From positions 1 to 51,422 of the forward strand of contig MFEF01000003.1 of NCBI GenBank assembly GCA_001777515.1: DNA of 51,422 bases, given 5' to 3'. Under the pieces are notes generated by a model. That model had not been told where the DNA came from. It saw only the letters and a list, made by a program, of their open reading frames with translations, and ran no database searches. This stretch comes from Candidatus Doudnabacteria bacterium RIFCSPHIGHO2_01_48_18 (GTDB taxonomy: Bacteria; Patescibacteriota; Doudnabacteria; UBA920; 2-01-FULL-46-14). Shown here one piece after another: positions 18,810 to 28,160 of this stretch (positions are counted from its first letter, which is position 1; the number at the start of each line of letters is the position of its first letter). A program made the translations under genes and the position numbers.

Positions 18810-19582
18810 CCCCGCAAAAAAAATACTATTAATACAACCATGGCCAATATTATCCTATACCACGTAAAAACCGCGAACGATCGCTGAGAAATAAAGCGAA
18901 GCAGCAGCTTGATGGCAATCATGCCGAACACAGCTGAGCTTATAAATCCGGCGGCGAACGGCGCTGTTATTCTCTCAATATCTTGAAACACAACGAGACC
19001 CGCACCGAAAATGACCGGGCCAGATAGCAGAAAAGAAAATTTGGCCGCTTTTTCGCGTTTCAGGTGACTCACAAGCCCTGCGGTAATTGTCGCTCCTGAC
19101 CTCGAAACGCCGGGGATTAGAGCAATGGCCTGAGCAAACCCGATAAAGAGCGTGTTCTTCCAGTTTAGATCATGAATGTGAGCGTCTTTGCGACCCGATC
19201 TATCGGCGATAAAAAGCAGAACGCCAAAAACGGCGAGAGTTGCCACTGTCACGAGCGGATGCCGCAGCTTGTATTCGATCACGTCTGCAAAAAAGTACCC
19301 CAGCACGGCAGCAGGAACAGTGCCGAGCGCCAAAAACATCGCGAGTTTGCGGTCGCGATGCCCGGGAACAAAAATCGCTTTGGCGTACCTGAGGTAATCT
19401 TTGCCGAAAAAAATCAAAACCGCGAGGAGCGAGCCCCAATGTAAAGCAATATCAAACCCAATACCCTGATAATCCCAGCCAAAAAAATATGGAACGAGAA
19501 AAAGATGCGCTGACGAAGAAATCGGCAGAAACTCGGTCAGCCCTTGGATGATCCCGAGGACAATTGCTTGAAATATTTCCAT
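18806..19582 (-). CDS. uppP: Undecaprenyl-diphosphate phosphatase
   Basis: QGLTEFLPISSSAH, PGVSRSGATI. Confidence 0.97.
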   Translation of the reverse strand: MEIFQAIVLGIIQGLTEFLPISSSAHLFLVPYFFGWDYQGIGFDIALHWGSLLAVLIFFGKDYLRYAKAIFVPGHRDRKLAMFLALGTVPAAVLGYFFADVIEYKLRHPLVTVATLAVFGVLLFIADRSGRKDAHIHDLNWKNTLFIGFAQAIALIPGVSRSGATITAGLVSHLKREKAAKFSFLLSGPVIFGAGLVVFQDIERITAPFAAGFISSAVFGMIAIKLLLRFISQRSFAVFTWYRIILAMVVLIVFFLRG

Positions 19583-20907
19583 TAATCTATTCCTGGCACG
19601 GGAAAACGAACAGCAAGTTCCTCAACCTGCGCTTTGATTTCCTTGATGATTGCCGTGTGAGTCATTTGTCTGGTAAATTCTTTTAGCGCGGCGGCTCGTT
19701 TCTCTTTTTCTTGGGGAAGCTCTATTGGCCCAAATTCTTTGGCAATCCGTGCGATCATTTTTCCGATTTCCTGCATTTCTTTTTCCTTCATACCGCGTGA
19801 GGTCAGAGCGGGTGTTCCTAGACGGATGCCGGATGGATAGTACGGCGGCATGGGATCGTTTGGCACAGTGGTTTTGTTAGTGCTGATCCCGACCTCTTCG
19901 AGCGCTTTGTCCACAAAAACGCCGCTGCCGGCTGTAAACGGCCGCAGATCAATGAGCATGAGATGATTGTCTGTCCCGCCGGAAACCAGCTTGAGGCCTT
20001 CAGCGGTCAGAGTTTCGGCTAGGGCTTGGGCATTTTTTACAATTTGCCGGACATAGTCTCGGAACTCGCTCTTCCCGGCCTCAGCCAAAGCGACAGCGAC
20101 CGCGGCAATCGTGTTTTCGTGCGGTCCGCCTTGCATCCCTGGAAAAACAGCTTTGTCGATTTGCTCTTTGTACTTTTCCCGGCAAAAAATCATGGCTGCC
20201 CGCGGGCCCCGTAGAGTTTTATGTGTGGTAGTCGTGACAATATCTATGGCTGGAAATGGCGACTGATGCGCGCCGCCAACGATCAAACCGGAAATGTGAG
20301 ACACGTCAGCCATAGAGATCGCGCCCGCGTGGCTGGCGATGGTGGCGATGCGCTCAAAATCAATGGTCCGAGGATAGGCCGTGTATCCAGTGAGAATAAT
20401 TTTCGGCTTATGTTCAATCACCAATTTTTCGATAACGTCATAATCAAGCATCTCGGTTTTTGGATCAAGCGGATAATAAACAAAGTTATAATTCTTTCCC
20501 GAAAAATTCACTGGCGAGCCATGTGTCAGGTGTCCGCCGTGATCAAGTTTGAGGGACATTATCGTATCTCCGCGCTCCAAAAGCGCGAAATAGACAGCAA
20601 GGTTCGCTGGACTACCGGAAAGGGGCTGCACGTTCACGTGATAACCGTCCGCGCCAAAAACAGCTTTTGCTCGTTTCTGCGCCAAACGCTCCACCTCATC
20701 AATGTGAACATTGCCGCCATAGTAACGTTTGCCAGGATATCCTTCCGCGTATTTATCGGTCAAAATGCTGCCAAGCGCCTCGAGCACCGCGGAAGACGCG
20801 TAGTTTTCCGATGGTATCATCTCTAGGCCCAATCTTTGCCTTTGCGATTCCTTTTGTATAATCTCGTATATTTCTGGATCCTGCTTTTTTAGTTCTTCGT
20901 ATGTCAT
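19582..20907 (-). CDS. glyA: Serine hydroxymethyltransferase
   Basis: SENY, KYAEGYPGKRYYGG, TTTTHKTLRGPR. Confidence 0.98.
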   Translation of the reverse strand: MTYEELKKQDPEIYEIIQKESQRQRLGLEMIPSENYASSAVLEALGSILTDKYAEGYPGKRYYGGNVHIDEVERLAQKRAKAVFGADGYHVNVQPLSGSPANLAVYFALLERGDTIMSLKLDHGGHLTHGSPVNFSGKNYNFVYYPLDPKTEMLDYDVIEKLVIEHKPKIILTGYTAYPRTIDFERIATIASHAGAISMADVSHISGLIVGGAHQSPFPAIDIVTTTTHKTLRGPRAAMIFCREKYKEQIDKAVFPGMQGGPHENTIAAVAVALAEAGKSEFRDYVRQIVKNAQALAETLTAEGLKLVSGGTDNHLMLIDLRPFTAGSGVFVDKALEEVGISTNKTTVPNDPMPPYYPSGIRLGTPALTSRGMKEKEMQEIGKMIARIAKEFGPIELPQEKEKRAAALKEFTRQMTHTAIIKEIKAQVEELAVRFPVPGID

Positions 20908-21014
20908 GTGGTTCAAATTAATAATACTGCCGAACTGTTTACATGAGTCGCGGCAATATTTTCAGATTCAAAATTTTTATCTTATCCCTGCTCATCTCAA
21001 CATTTCTAACAGGT

Positions 21015-22181
21015 TCATCTTAATAATCCGTAAAAAGTAGTTAATATCCCGGCAAAGGCAAAAATCAGAAACAGTCCGGTTATTTCATTTGCCACCAAAC
21101 TCAGAATAATAATCCCAACTGAGGCGGTGATGATCTTACCAATCGACAAGCTGAACTCGTAAAAAACGCTGTACGCGATCGCGTAGTCAGGATCTTTTTC
21201 CGCGGCCCGCTCAAAGGTTAGCGAATTCATTGGCACATTAAGCACATCTTTTGCTCCTTTGGTTAAAACTTCGAAAGCTAGCACCGCTGGCACTGTAGTG
21301 CCTAAGAAACGGAAGATCCAGGTTATGCCGTAAAAAATGGAGCTCGTCAATATGAGCCGCCGTTTGTTGGTCTTATCCGCCAGCTGGCCCACGTATAACA
21401 TTAACATAGTCCCAAGGCCCCCAGCAATCATGGAAATTGCTCCGATATCGCGGTAATTGGGAATGACAATAAACATAAAAATCGGCCATAAACTCATAAC
21501 CATAAGGTCCTCCGCATAACCCCAGTAACCAAAAAAATTCGTCTCTCTTTCCTTGATCACCTTCCAAAGTGTTTTTATTTTGAAATCGTGCTTCGAATAA
21601 ATCTCGGGGCTGCGAAAAAGCGGATAAGCAGAAGCCAGCATCAACACCGCGCTAACACAAAACAACCACAGAAAGCCAAATGTGTGCGCAATGAAGCCGC
21701 CGAGAAATGGACCGACAATAAATACCACTTGAACAAGCGAGAATAGCATGCCTACCTCGCGGCCGCGCTGCCGGTTTTTCGAGTTAAGCGCAACGTCAGC
21801 GTCGTAAGCCGGCCAGAAAAAAGATTTTTGCAGCGCCAGGAGCAGCGGTACCATGTACCATAAATGCGGAAAATCTTTCAAGGAAAAAAGCCCGAACCAA
21901 TATACCACATAAAAAAAATTCGCGACAAAAATCGAACGTTTGTAGCCAAAACGGCTGGCAAATTCGGCGCCAAATGAAACCAGGATTGCGTACCAGACAT
22001 AAACCTGCACGAAAAACCAGAGAATGTCCATGATGGAATAGCCGATGCTGTAGAGATAGATTGGCTCAAAAATAAAAACCATGGACAATGCCAGGCTGTG
22101 AATGGCTGTGTACCAATAAACCTCTTCCACCTCTCTTGTTGGTCGAGAAGTAAAATAGTGAAAATATTTAAGCGGATGCAC
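21015..22181 (-). CDS. MFS transporter
   Basis: About 12 hydrophobic helices; ASRFGYKR and GQLADKTNKR motif-A-like loops. Confidence 0.85.
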   Translation of the reverse strand: MHPLKYFHYFTSRPTREVEEVYWYTAIHSLALSMVFIFEPIYLYSIGYSIMDILWFFVQVYVWYAILVSFGAEFASRFGYKRSIFVANFFYVVYWFGLFSLKDFPHLWYMVPLLLALQKSFFWPAYDADVALNSKNRQRGREVGMLFSLVQVVFIVGPFLGGFIAHTFGFLWLFCVSAVLMLASAYPLFRSPEIYSKHDFKIKTLWKVIKERETNFFGYWGYAEDLMVMSLWPIFMFIVIPNYRDIGAISMIAGGLGTMLMLYVGQLADKTNKRRLILTSSIFYGITWIFRFLGTTVPAVLAFEVLTKGAKDVLNVPMNSLTFERAAEKDPDYAIAYSVFYEFSLSIGKIITASVGIIILSLVANEITGLFLIFAFAGILTTFYGLLR

Positions 22182-22194
22182 TGGTTACTCGTTA

Positions 22195-22866
22195 TTAGTT
22201 ATTTGTTTTCAGTACTTTCAGTATTTGTTTCTTGCTTATTGGCCCCCGCCTGATTATTTCGATTTTGCCGCTTTTTAATCTTACCATAGTTGACGGTTGA
22301 ATTTTTTTAAGTTTTCCACTATCGAGTACCAAATCAGGTTTGAGCTTTTCGCTCCTAAACTGCCATTCTATCTGCGAAATGGAATACGCGGTTGGCGAGG
22401 TCGAGATATTCGCGCTTGTGGCAGTAATCGGCCGGCCAAGTTTTCTCACGAGTGCTAGCGCGATTTTGTTGTCTGGCATGCGGATGCCGATTGTTCCAGT
22501 CCCGGCAGACAATATACCAAAAGCGATACCTCGCCCCTTGCGGGAGAGGGATGCCCGCCTCGACTCGCCGTCTTCGGCGAGGCGGGGGGTGAGGGGTAAA
22601 ATCAAAGTTAACGGCCCAGGCAAAAATTTTTTAAATAATTTCTCTGCGACTGGAGTAAATTTGGCGTATCTTTTTGCCATCGCAAGATCTGCTATGATAA
22701 TATGAACGGGTTTTGCCGGCCGGCGCTGCTTGATCTGAAACAGCCGCTTCACAGCTTTCGGATTGGTGGCATCCACAGCGAGCCCATAAGCCGTGTCTGT
22801 CGGAAACACCACCGCCTTGCCAGCGCGCAAATATTCAACTGCTTTTTTTAAAATTTCATTACGCAT
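22195..22866 (-). CDS. tsaC: L-threonylcarbamoyladenylate synthase (TsaC/YrdC/Sua5)
   Basis: VFPTDTAYGL, PGPLTLIL, GIRMP, TATSANIS. Likely start is MRNEIL at 22866. Confidence 0.93.
   Translation of the reverse strand: MRNEILKKAVEYLRAGKAVVFPTDTAYGLAVDATNPKAVKRLFQIKQRRPAKPVHIIIADLAMAKRYAKFTPVAEKLFKKFLPGPLTLILPLTPRLAEDGESRRASLSRKGRGIAFGILSAGTGTIGIRMPDNKIALALVRKLGRPITATSANISTSPTAYSISQIEWQFRSEKLKPDLVLDSGKLKKIQPSTMVRLKSGKIEIIRRGPISKKQILKVLKTNN
22528..22596. repeat. Nested REP-like palindrome inserted in frame in tsaC
   Basis: Minus strand cccctcacccc...ccctctcccgcaaggggcgagg, with an inner cccgcctcg...cgaggcggg hairpin. Confidence 0.7.
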
Positions 22867-22893
22867 TTTGACGCAATTGCTTGGTTTTACGTA
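22858..22893 (-). repeat. Dispersed copy of the AAAACCAAGCAATTGC motif
   Basis: 33/36 identical to 28005-28040 in inverted orientation. Confidence 0.85.
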
Positions 22894-23576
22894 GCGAGTC
22901 GCAAATCTTCGGGCGTGGAAATTTTCTTCCAAAACGTCGCCTCAACAACTGAAAATTTATGTCCATCTTTAACCATTTGCAATAAGGTCTGGGGTAATCC
23001 ATATTCTGAAGTATGATTTTCCGCTAACACTGGAGGGTACTTAAAAAAATCCTTATTTAAGATGTACGCTCCGGCATTAACTAAATCGCCTTTCTTTCCC
23101 GGCTGTCGTTCCACAATATTTGCTAATTTTCCACCTTCCACTTTAACAATAGCGTTTTCATAACTTGGATCATCCTTAACGAGTCTCGAAACTAGAATTC
23201 CTAGAGGCTCGCGAGCAAGCTTTTCTAAATCGTCTTGAGAATACAGATCGTCTCCCATGATAACCAAAAATTTGTCTTTTAACTTATCTTTACAAGCAAA
23301 CAAAGCATCGGCAGTCCCGTTAAGGTGAGGCTGATTGACGTATTCGAGATCTAAAAACGTTGCAACATTCTTTATTTCTCTTAAATAAGCCTGAATTTGG
23401 GAACCCTGGTATCCACCGACCACAAATGCTTTATTAATTTGCTGAGGCAGCGATCTCAAACTTCTGATGAGTAAAGTTTGATCATCATTCTCCAACTTCA
23501 AAAGCGGCTTGGGGGTATCCTTTGTTAGATCTCCCATCCTTGTCCCCCGCCCCGCTGCCAAAATAACTGCCTGCAT
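22887..23576 (-). CDS. Sugar-phosphate nucleotidyltransferase family protein
   Basis: AVILAAGRGTRM...PKPLL, GTADAL, MGDD. Confidence 0.9.
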   Translation of the reverse strand: MQAVILAAGRGTRMGDLTKDTPKPLLKLENDDQTLLIRSLRSLPQQINKAFVVGGYQGSQIQAYLREIKNVATFLDLEYVNQPHLNGTADALFACKDKLKDKFLVIMGDDLYSQDDLEKLAREPLGILVSRLVKDDPSYENAIVKVEGGKLANIVERQPGKKGDLVNAGAYILNKDFFKYPPVLAENHTSEYGLPQTLLQMVKDGHKFSVVEATFWKKISTPEDLRLAT

Positions 23577-26410
23577 TATAGCACCACGAAATTAATGATC
23601 TTTCCTGGAACATAGATAAATTTGGCCACGGTTTTTCCGACGAGCTGCTTTTGAACCTGGGGACTCGATTCGGCGGTTTTCCTGGCATCCGCTTCGCTGG
23701 CGCTGACAGCAACGCGAATAGTATCCCTGACCCGGCCGTTGACCTGCACGGCCATGGTTATGAACTCGTCTTTGACGAAATTAGCATCAAGCTCCGGCCA
23801 CGGTGCAAGGTGAACCGATTGTTTATTGCCCAATGAGCGCCAAAGTTCTTCAGCGAGATGCGGCGCAAACGGGGCGAGCAGCCGCAAAAATATTTGCAGG
23901 TGCTGTTTGGTAGGGATTGTCTTTTCAAATTCATTCATGAGAATCATCAAGGCAGAAACAGCAGTGTTGAACCGGTAGTCTTCGATATCTTCAGTGGCTT
24001 TCTTGATGGTTTTGTGAACTGCCGTGTCCAGGTCCGCGGCTTCTTTCAATTCTGACTGGGCGATTCGCCAAACCTTTTCCAAAAACCTTCTCACGCCGAT
24101 TATCCCCCGGCTGTTCCAGCTCACCGTCTGCTCGTGCGGCCCGAGGAACAGCTCGTATATGCGCATTGTGTCCGCGCCGTAGAGTTCTATGATTTCGTCA
24201 GGATTGACCACGTTGCCCCGCGATTTTGACATTTTCTCGCCGTCCTCAGCAAGAATAATGCCGTGCGGCACGCGCTTGGTGTAGGGTTCGGCAACCGGCA
24301 CAATCCCCTGGTCATGCAAAAACAAATTCCAAAAACGAGAATACAGTAAATGCAAAGTGGTGTGCTCCATGCCGCCAAAATACACATCAACCGGCAGCCA
24401 GCGCTGCATCAGATCTTTTGTGGCCAATTCTTTCTTGTTCTCAGGGTCAGTGTAGCGCAAATAGTACCATGAACTTCCCGCCCACTGCGGCATAGTATTG
24501 GTTTCGCGCTTGGCTTTCCCGCCACACTGCGGACATTTTACATTCACCCATTTGTCGATCACGGCAAGAGGCGATTCCCCTGTTCCGGTCGGCTCGTATT
24601 TTTTCACGTTGGGCAGTTTCACCGGCAAATCTTTTTCCGGAACCGGCACAGTACCGCATGCAGTGCAATGAATAATCGGAATCGGCTCACCCCAATATCG
24701 CTGCCTCGAGAACACCCAGTCGCGTAGTTTGTATTGAATCTTTTTCTTGCCGAATTTTTTTATGGCTTCGTCAATTGGTATCAAAGGCTTGTCAGCGATC
24801 GCCAGCTTGTATTTTTCCGCAAATTGGCGATCCCGCTCGTCGTGCGCGGGCACAGCCATTATTGCGCCGGTGCCGTAACCCATCAAAACATAATCCGCGA
24901 TCCAAAGCGGAATTTTTTCTCCGGTCGCCGGATTGATCGCTTTGATGCCTTTCAGCTCCACGCCGGTTTTTTCTTTCTCCAGAGCTGACCGCTGAATATC
25001 GGTTTTTTTCCTGGCCTCTTCCATGTATTTCAAAACCTCTGACGCATTCGAAACACGCGGTGCCAGTACCTTCGCTAGCTGATGTTCTGGCGCCAGAACC
25101 ATATAGGTCGCGTCATAAATCGTATCAGGACGAGTTGTAAAGATTTTTATTGCCCCCAAAGCAACAGACAAAACCTCTGGTTCAATCTTGGCGCGGAAAT
25201 GCGAATCTTCAGCGCGGACTTTGAATATGCCGAACCCGGTTTTTTCCGCAAACTGTTCACCATCTGAAATAGGAACAACATGATCGCCGGTATCATACAA
25301 AAATGTAAAACCAAGGGAATTATTTTTTATGATTCGAAAATCAAATCCTCGTTGCACAGCAGCAGTAACTGTTGGCCGCTCTTTTCCATCCAAATATTTG
25401 CCGCTAAATGGAGTCCCGATCAAAATAGCGCGGTTAATTTTTATTCCTTGTTCTAGGAGCCGCATTGCTACAACGCCGCCAAACGAATGCCCGATCACCA
25501 CTGTTTGCTCATCGAATTTACATTGCTTTTTAACAAATTCGGCTTGCACCAGATCATCTGGTTCCTCTGGATTTGGCATATCAGGAACCTGCACCTCAAA
25601 TCCTTTGTTCTCCAGTTCATGTTTCAGCCACGGATAAAACACATCCGTTGACGCTCCTCCCTTCGCATGCAAAATCACAAACCGCTTCACCGCAGGCTGA
25701 TCTAAAAAAAAATCAATTTCCGCGCCCTCGCTTTTCCCGATCCAGTTTTCCTGCTGCAGCTTGACTTGATCAGGCCACTCGGGTAGATTTTTCAGCCCCT
25801 CAAGCAACTTTTCAGCGTAAGCCGTGATTTTCAAATACCATTGCCGCAGTTCTTTTTTCTCCACAGTCGCGCCGCACCGTTCGCATTTTCCATCAATCAC
25901 CTCTTCGTTCGCGAGACCAGTCTTGTCCTGCGGACACCAGTTGATCAGGCCGGTCGCCTCGTAGGCAAGGCCAGCTTTGTAGAATTGCAAAAAAATCCAC
26001 TGTGTCCATTTGTAATAATCAGGATCTGTGGTGTTTATCTCCCGTGACCAATCAAATGATGTTCCCCAGCTTTGCACCTGCCGCTTGGCGTTTTTAATGT
26101 TTTGCTTTGTGGTTATGCTGGGGTGAACTCCCTTCTTGATAGCAAAATTTTCTGCTGGCAGACCAAAAGCGTCCCAGCCCATCGGGTACATTACCTCTGC
26201 CCCGTGCATCCGCTGGTAACGCGAATACACATCCCCTGCGACATACGGCCGCAAATGCCCCATGTGCAGTCCCTCGCCCGAGGGATACGGAAACTCAATC
26301 AAAATATATTTCTTAGGCTTTTTTGATTTATCCTTGGCATTATAAATTTTCTTCCGATTCCAGAATTTCTGCCATTTCTGTTCTAGTTTTTTCGGCTCGT
26401 AAGATTTCAT
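23576..26410 (-). CDS. leuS: Leucine--tRNA ligase with inserted alpha/beta-hydrolase domain
   Basis: FPYPSGEGLHMGH, GWDAFGLPAEN, FTTRPDT, SRQRYWGEPIP, KMSKS. The insert carries GHSFGG. Confidence 0.97.
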   Translation of the reverse strand: MKSYEPKKLEQKWQKFWNRKKIYNAKDKSKKPKKYILIEFPYPSGEGLHMGHLRPYVAGDVYSRYQRMHGAEVMYPMGWDAFGLPAENFAIKKGVHPSITTKQNIKNAKRQVQSWGTSFDWSREINTTDPDYYKWTQWIFLQFYKAGLAYEATGLINWCPQDKTGLANEEVIDGKCERCGATVEKKELRQWYLKITAYAEKLLEGLKNLPEWPDQVKLQQENWIGKSEGAEIDFFLDQPAVKRFVILHAKGGASTDVFYPWLKHELENKGFEVQVPDMPNPEEPDDLVQAEFVKKQCKFDEQTVVIGHSFGGVVAMRLLEQGIKINRAILIGTPFSGKYLDGKERPTVTAAVQRGFDFRIIKNNSLGFTFLYDTGDHVVPISDGEQFAEKTGFGIFKVRAEDSHFRAKIEPEVLSVALGAIKIFTTRPDTIYDATYMVLAPEHQLAKVLAPRVSNASEVLKYMEEARKKTDIQRSALEKEKTGVELKGIKAINPATGEKIPLWIADYVLMGYGTGAIMAVPAHDERDRQFAEKYKLAIADKPLIPIDEAIKKFGKKKIQYKLRDWVFSRQRYWGEPIPIIHCTACGTVPVPEKDLPVKLPNVKKYEPTGTGESPLAVIDKWVNVKCPQCGGKAKRETNTMPQWAGSSWYYLRYTDPENKKELATKDLMQRWLPVDVYFGGMEHTTLHLLYSRFWNLFLHDQGIVPVAEPYTKRVPHGIILAEDGEKMSKSRGNVVNPDEIIELYGADTMRIYELFLGPHEQTVSWNSRGIIGVRRFLEKVWRIAQSELKEAADLDTAVHKTIKKATEDIEDYRFNTAVSALMILMNEFEKTIPTKQHLQIFLRLLAPFAPHLAEELWRSLGNKQSVHLAPWPELDANFVKDEFITMAVQVNGRVRDTIRVAVSASEADARKTAESSPQVQKQLVGKTVAKFIYVPGKIINFVVL

Positions 26411-27183
26411 TTTATTGCTTTCAAAACTTGTCTGTGGAGAACGGGATTGCCTGCCAGCAGCTCATCACTGCTCCATTTGTAGGGCTTGCCCTGCAAATCC
26501 GTAATCTTTGCGCCAGCTTCTTTCATTATCAGCGCGCCGCCAGAAATATCCCAAGGATTCAAACCTTTCGCAAAAATCACGTCATTGCGGCCGCACGCTA
26601 CATATGCTGCACCTAGCGCGACCGAAGACGCGGTGTCATTCCACATTTGCTCCTCAAAAATTACGCGTTCATAAATGAGCCTGCGATAGTGATTTCCTTC
26701 CCTCTTTTCCAGGAGACTGGCTACATAGCAAGCAAAATTTCCGTATTGCAATTTGTCTTTTTTGCTTACCCGAATCTTACGGTTATTGAGAATCGCTCCT
26801 TTTCCCGCCTCTGCATAAAAAAGCTCGTCATGAATCGGATCATAAACCACACCGTGTTTGAGTCTGCCGTCGCTGACAAAAGAAAAAGTGGTGCTAAATT
26901 GCGGAACGCCTTTGACGAACGCGTGTGTGCCGTCGAGCGGATCAATGATCCAAAAATTTTTTCCTTTTTTCAGATGACCGCTCTCTTCGCCGAGAATCCC
27001 GTGGCTCGGAAATTTTCGACGAATTTCATCAATGATAAATTTTTCTGCCGCAAAATCGTATTCAGTGACCATGTCCTGAAAGCCGTCTGGCGATGGCTTT
27101 TTCTGGACGTTCTTTTTTTTGTAGAACCCCTCTCGCAGTATCGCCCCCGCACCACGGGCTAAATTGATTATGAACGCTTTCAT
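26407..27183 (-). CDS. Inositol monophosphatase family protein (SuhB-like)
   Basis: GEE, WIIDPLDGT, WDISGG. Confidence 0.93.
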   Translation of the reverse strand: MKAFIINLARGAGAILREGFYKKKNVQKKPSPDGFQDMVTEYDFAAEKFIIDEIRRKFPSHGILGEESGHLKKGKNFWIIDPLDGTHAFVKGVPQFSTTFSFVSDGRLKHGVVYDPIHDELFYAEAGKGAILNNRKIRVSKKDKLQYGNFACYVASLLEKREGNHYRRLIYERVIFEEQMWNDTASSVALGAAYVACGRNDVIFAKGLNPWDISGGALIMKEAGAKITDLQGKPYKWSSDELLAGNPVLHRQVLKAIK

Positions 27184-27936
27184 CTATTTCAGCAATTTAA
27201 GAATCTTTGGATGCAGTTTCGGATTTGCCGCGATTATTTCCTTGGAATCCCAGCGGTAAGGCTTGCCTTTCAGATCCGTGGTCTTTGCCCCTGCTTCTTT
27301 GAGAATCAATCCAGCTGCGGAATAATCCCATGGATAGGCGCCAATCTGAATCGCAAAATCAAATCTGCCAGCAGCCGTATTTGCTAAATCTAGTGCTGAC
27401 GCCCCTTTGTGTATGCTCCACGCGTTAGTTTTCAAATGAAATCTGTGCACTTTTTTTTTCATGGCGACAGAAACCGATGAATTGAAATCAGACACATCCA
27501 GAGCATGCTCCGGTGAACTAATCGGCGAAACTGTTATTTTTTTTCCATTCAAAAAAGCGCCTTTGTTTTTTGCTGCAAAAAACAATTCGTCCTGCATCGG
27601 ATCGTAAACAGCTGCTGCTGACAAAACACCGCTCTTCGCATACGCAATCGAAATACAAAAATAAGCAATTCCGCGAGAAAAATTACGAGTCCCGTCAATC
27701 GGATCGATTATCCATAAATGCTTCTGGTTTTTAATATCTGTTCCTTCTTCCGATAAAATGCCGTGTGAAGGAAATTTCTTCCTTACCCTGTCCTGGATAA
27801 ATTTATCTACAGCGAGATCATACTGCGTCACCGGGTCCCAATGTCCCTGTTTTTGCTTGATTTGGATTTCTTGCTTGAACCCTTGCCGGAGTATTTGTCC
27901 CGCTCCCTTGGCCAAGTTTTTAATAAACTGTTCCAT
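27184..27936 (-). CDS. Inositol monophosphatase family protein (SuhB-like), tandem paralog
   Basis: SEE, WIIDPIDGTRNF, WDYSAA. Confidence 0.93.
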   Translation of the reverse strand: MEQFIKNLAKGAGQILRQGFKQEIQIKQKQGHWDPVTQYDLAVDKFIQDRVRKKFPSHGILSEEGTDIKNQKHLWIIDPIDGTRNFSRGIAYFCISIAYAKSGVLSAAAVYDPMQDELFFAAKNKGAFLNGKKITVSPISSPEHALDVSDFNSSVSVAMKKKVHRFHLKTNAWSIHKGASALDLANTAAGRFDFAIQIGAYPWDYSAAGLILKEAGAKTTDLKGKPYRWDSKEIIAANPKLHPKILKLLK

Positions 27937-28004
27937 ATTTGGATTTTACCACAGTACCTAAAAAAATAAAACCTTGCCTAAACAGCACTAAAATCAATTT
28001 CTAT

Positions 28005-28040
28005 TACGTAAAACCAAGCAATTGCTTGGAAATGCGTAAT
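28005..28040 (+). repeat. AAAACCAAGCAATTGCTTGG motif copy downstream of the PaaX-like gene
   Basis: tacgtaaaaccaagcaattgcttggaaatgcgtaat shares 20 bp with the palindrome at 28844-28883. Confidence 0.85.
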
Positions 28041-28145
28041 AAATCCAGCACCTTCCTGTCGGGGTATTGCACCCCGCAGGAAGGCTATATTGAGCCATTC
28101 ATCCCCGCAGCAAGCTGCGGGGTATTCTGGAAGGTGCTGGATAAA
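28039..28145. mobile_element. MITE-like palindromic element, copy 2
   Basis: Identical to 18357-18463 including the ATAAA flanks. Confidence 0.9.
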
Positions 28146-28160
28146 TAATTTGTGGTGAAA

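Noticed and set aside
18805-18816. 12-bp match (ttcatccccgca) between the uppP 3' end and the MITE interior
   Set aside because: Short, with no flanking element ends, and probably coincidental.
19561-19570. caattgcttg in uppP as a fourth palindrome-motif copy
   Set aside because: Only 10 bp and explained by the conserved FQAIV codons.
27939-28148. 69-aa ORF downstream of the PaaX-like gene
   Set aside because: It is composed largely of the repeat motif and the MITE copy, so it is unlikely to be a real gene.
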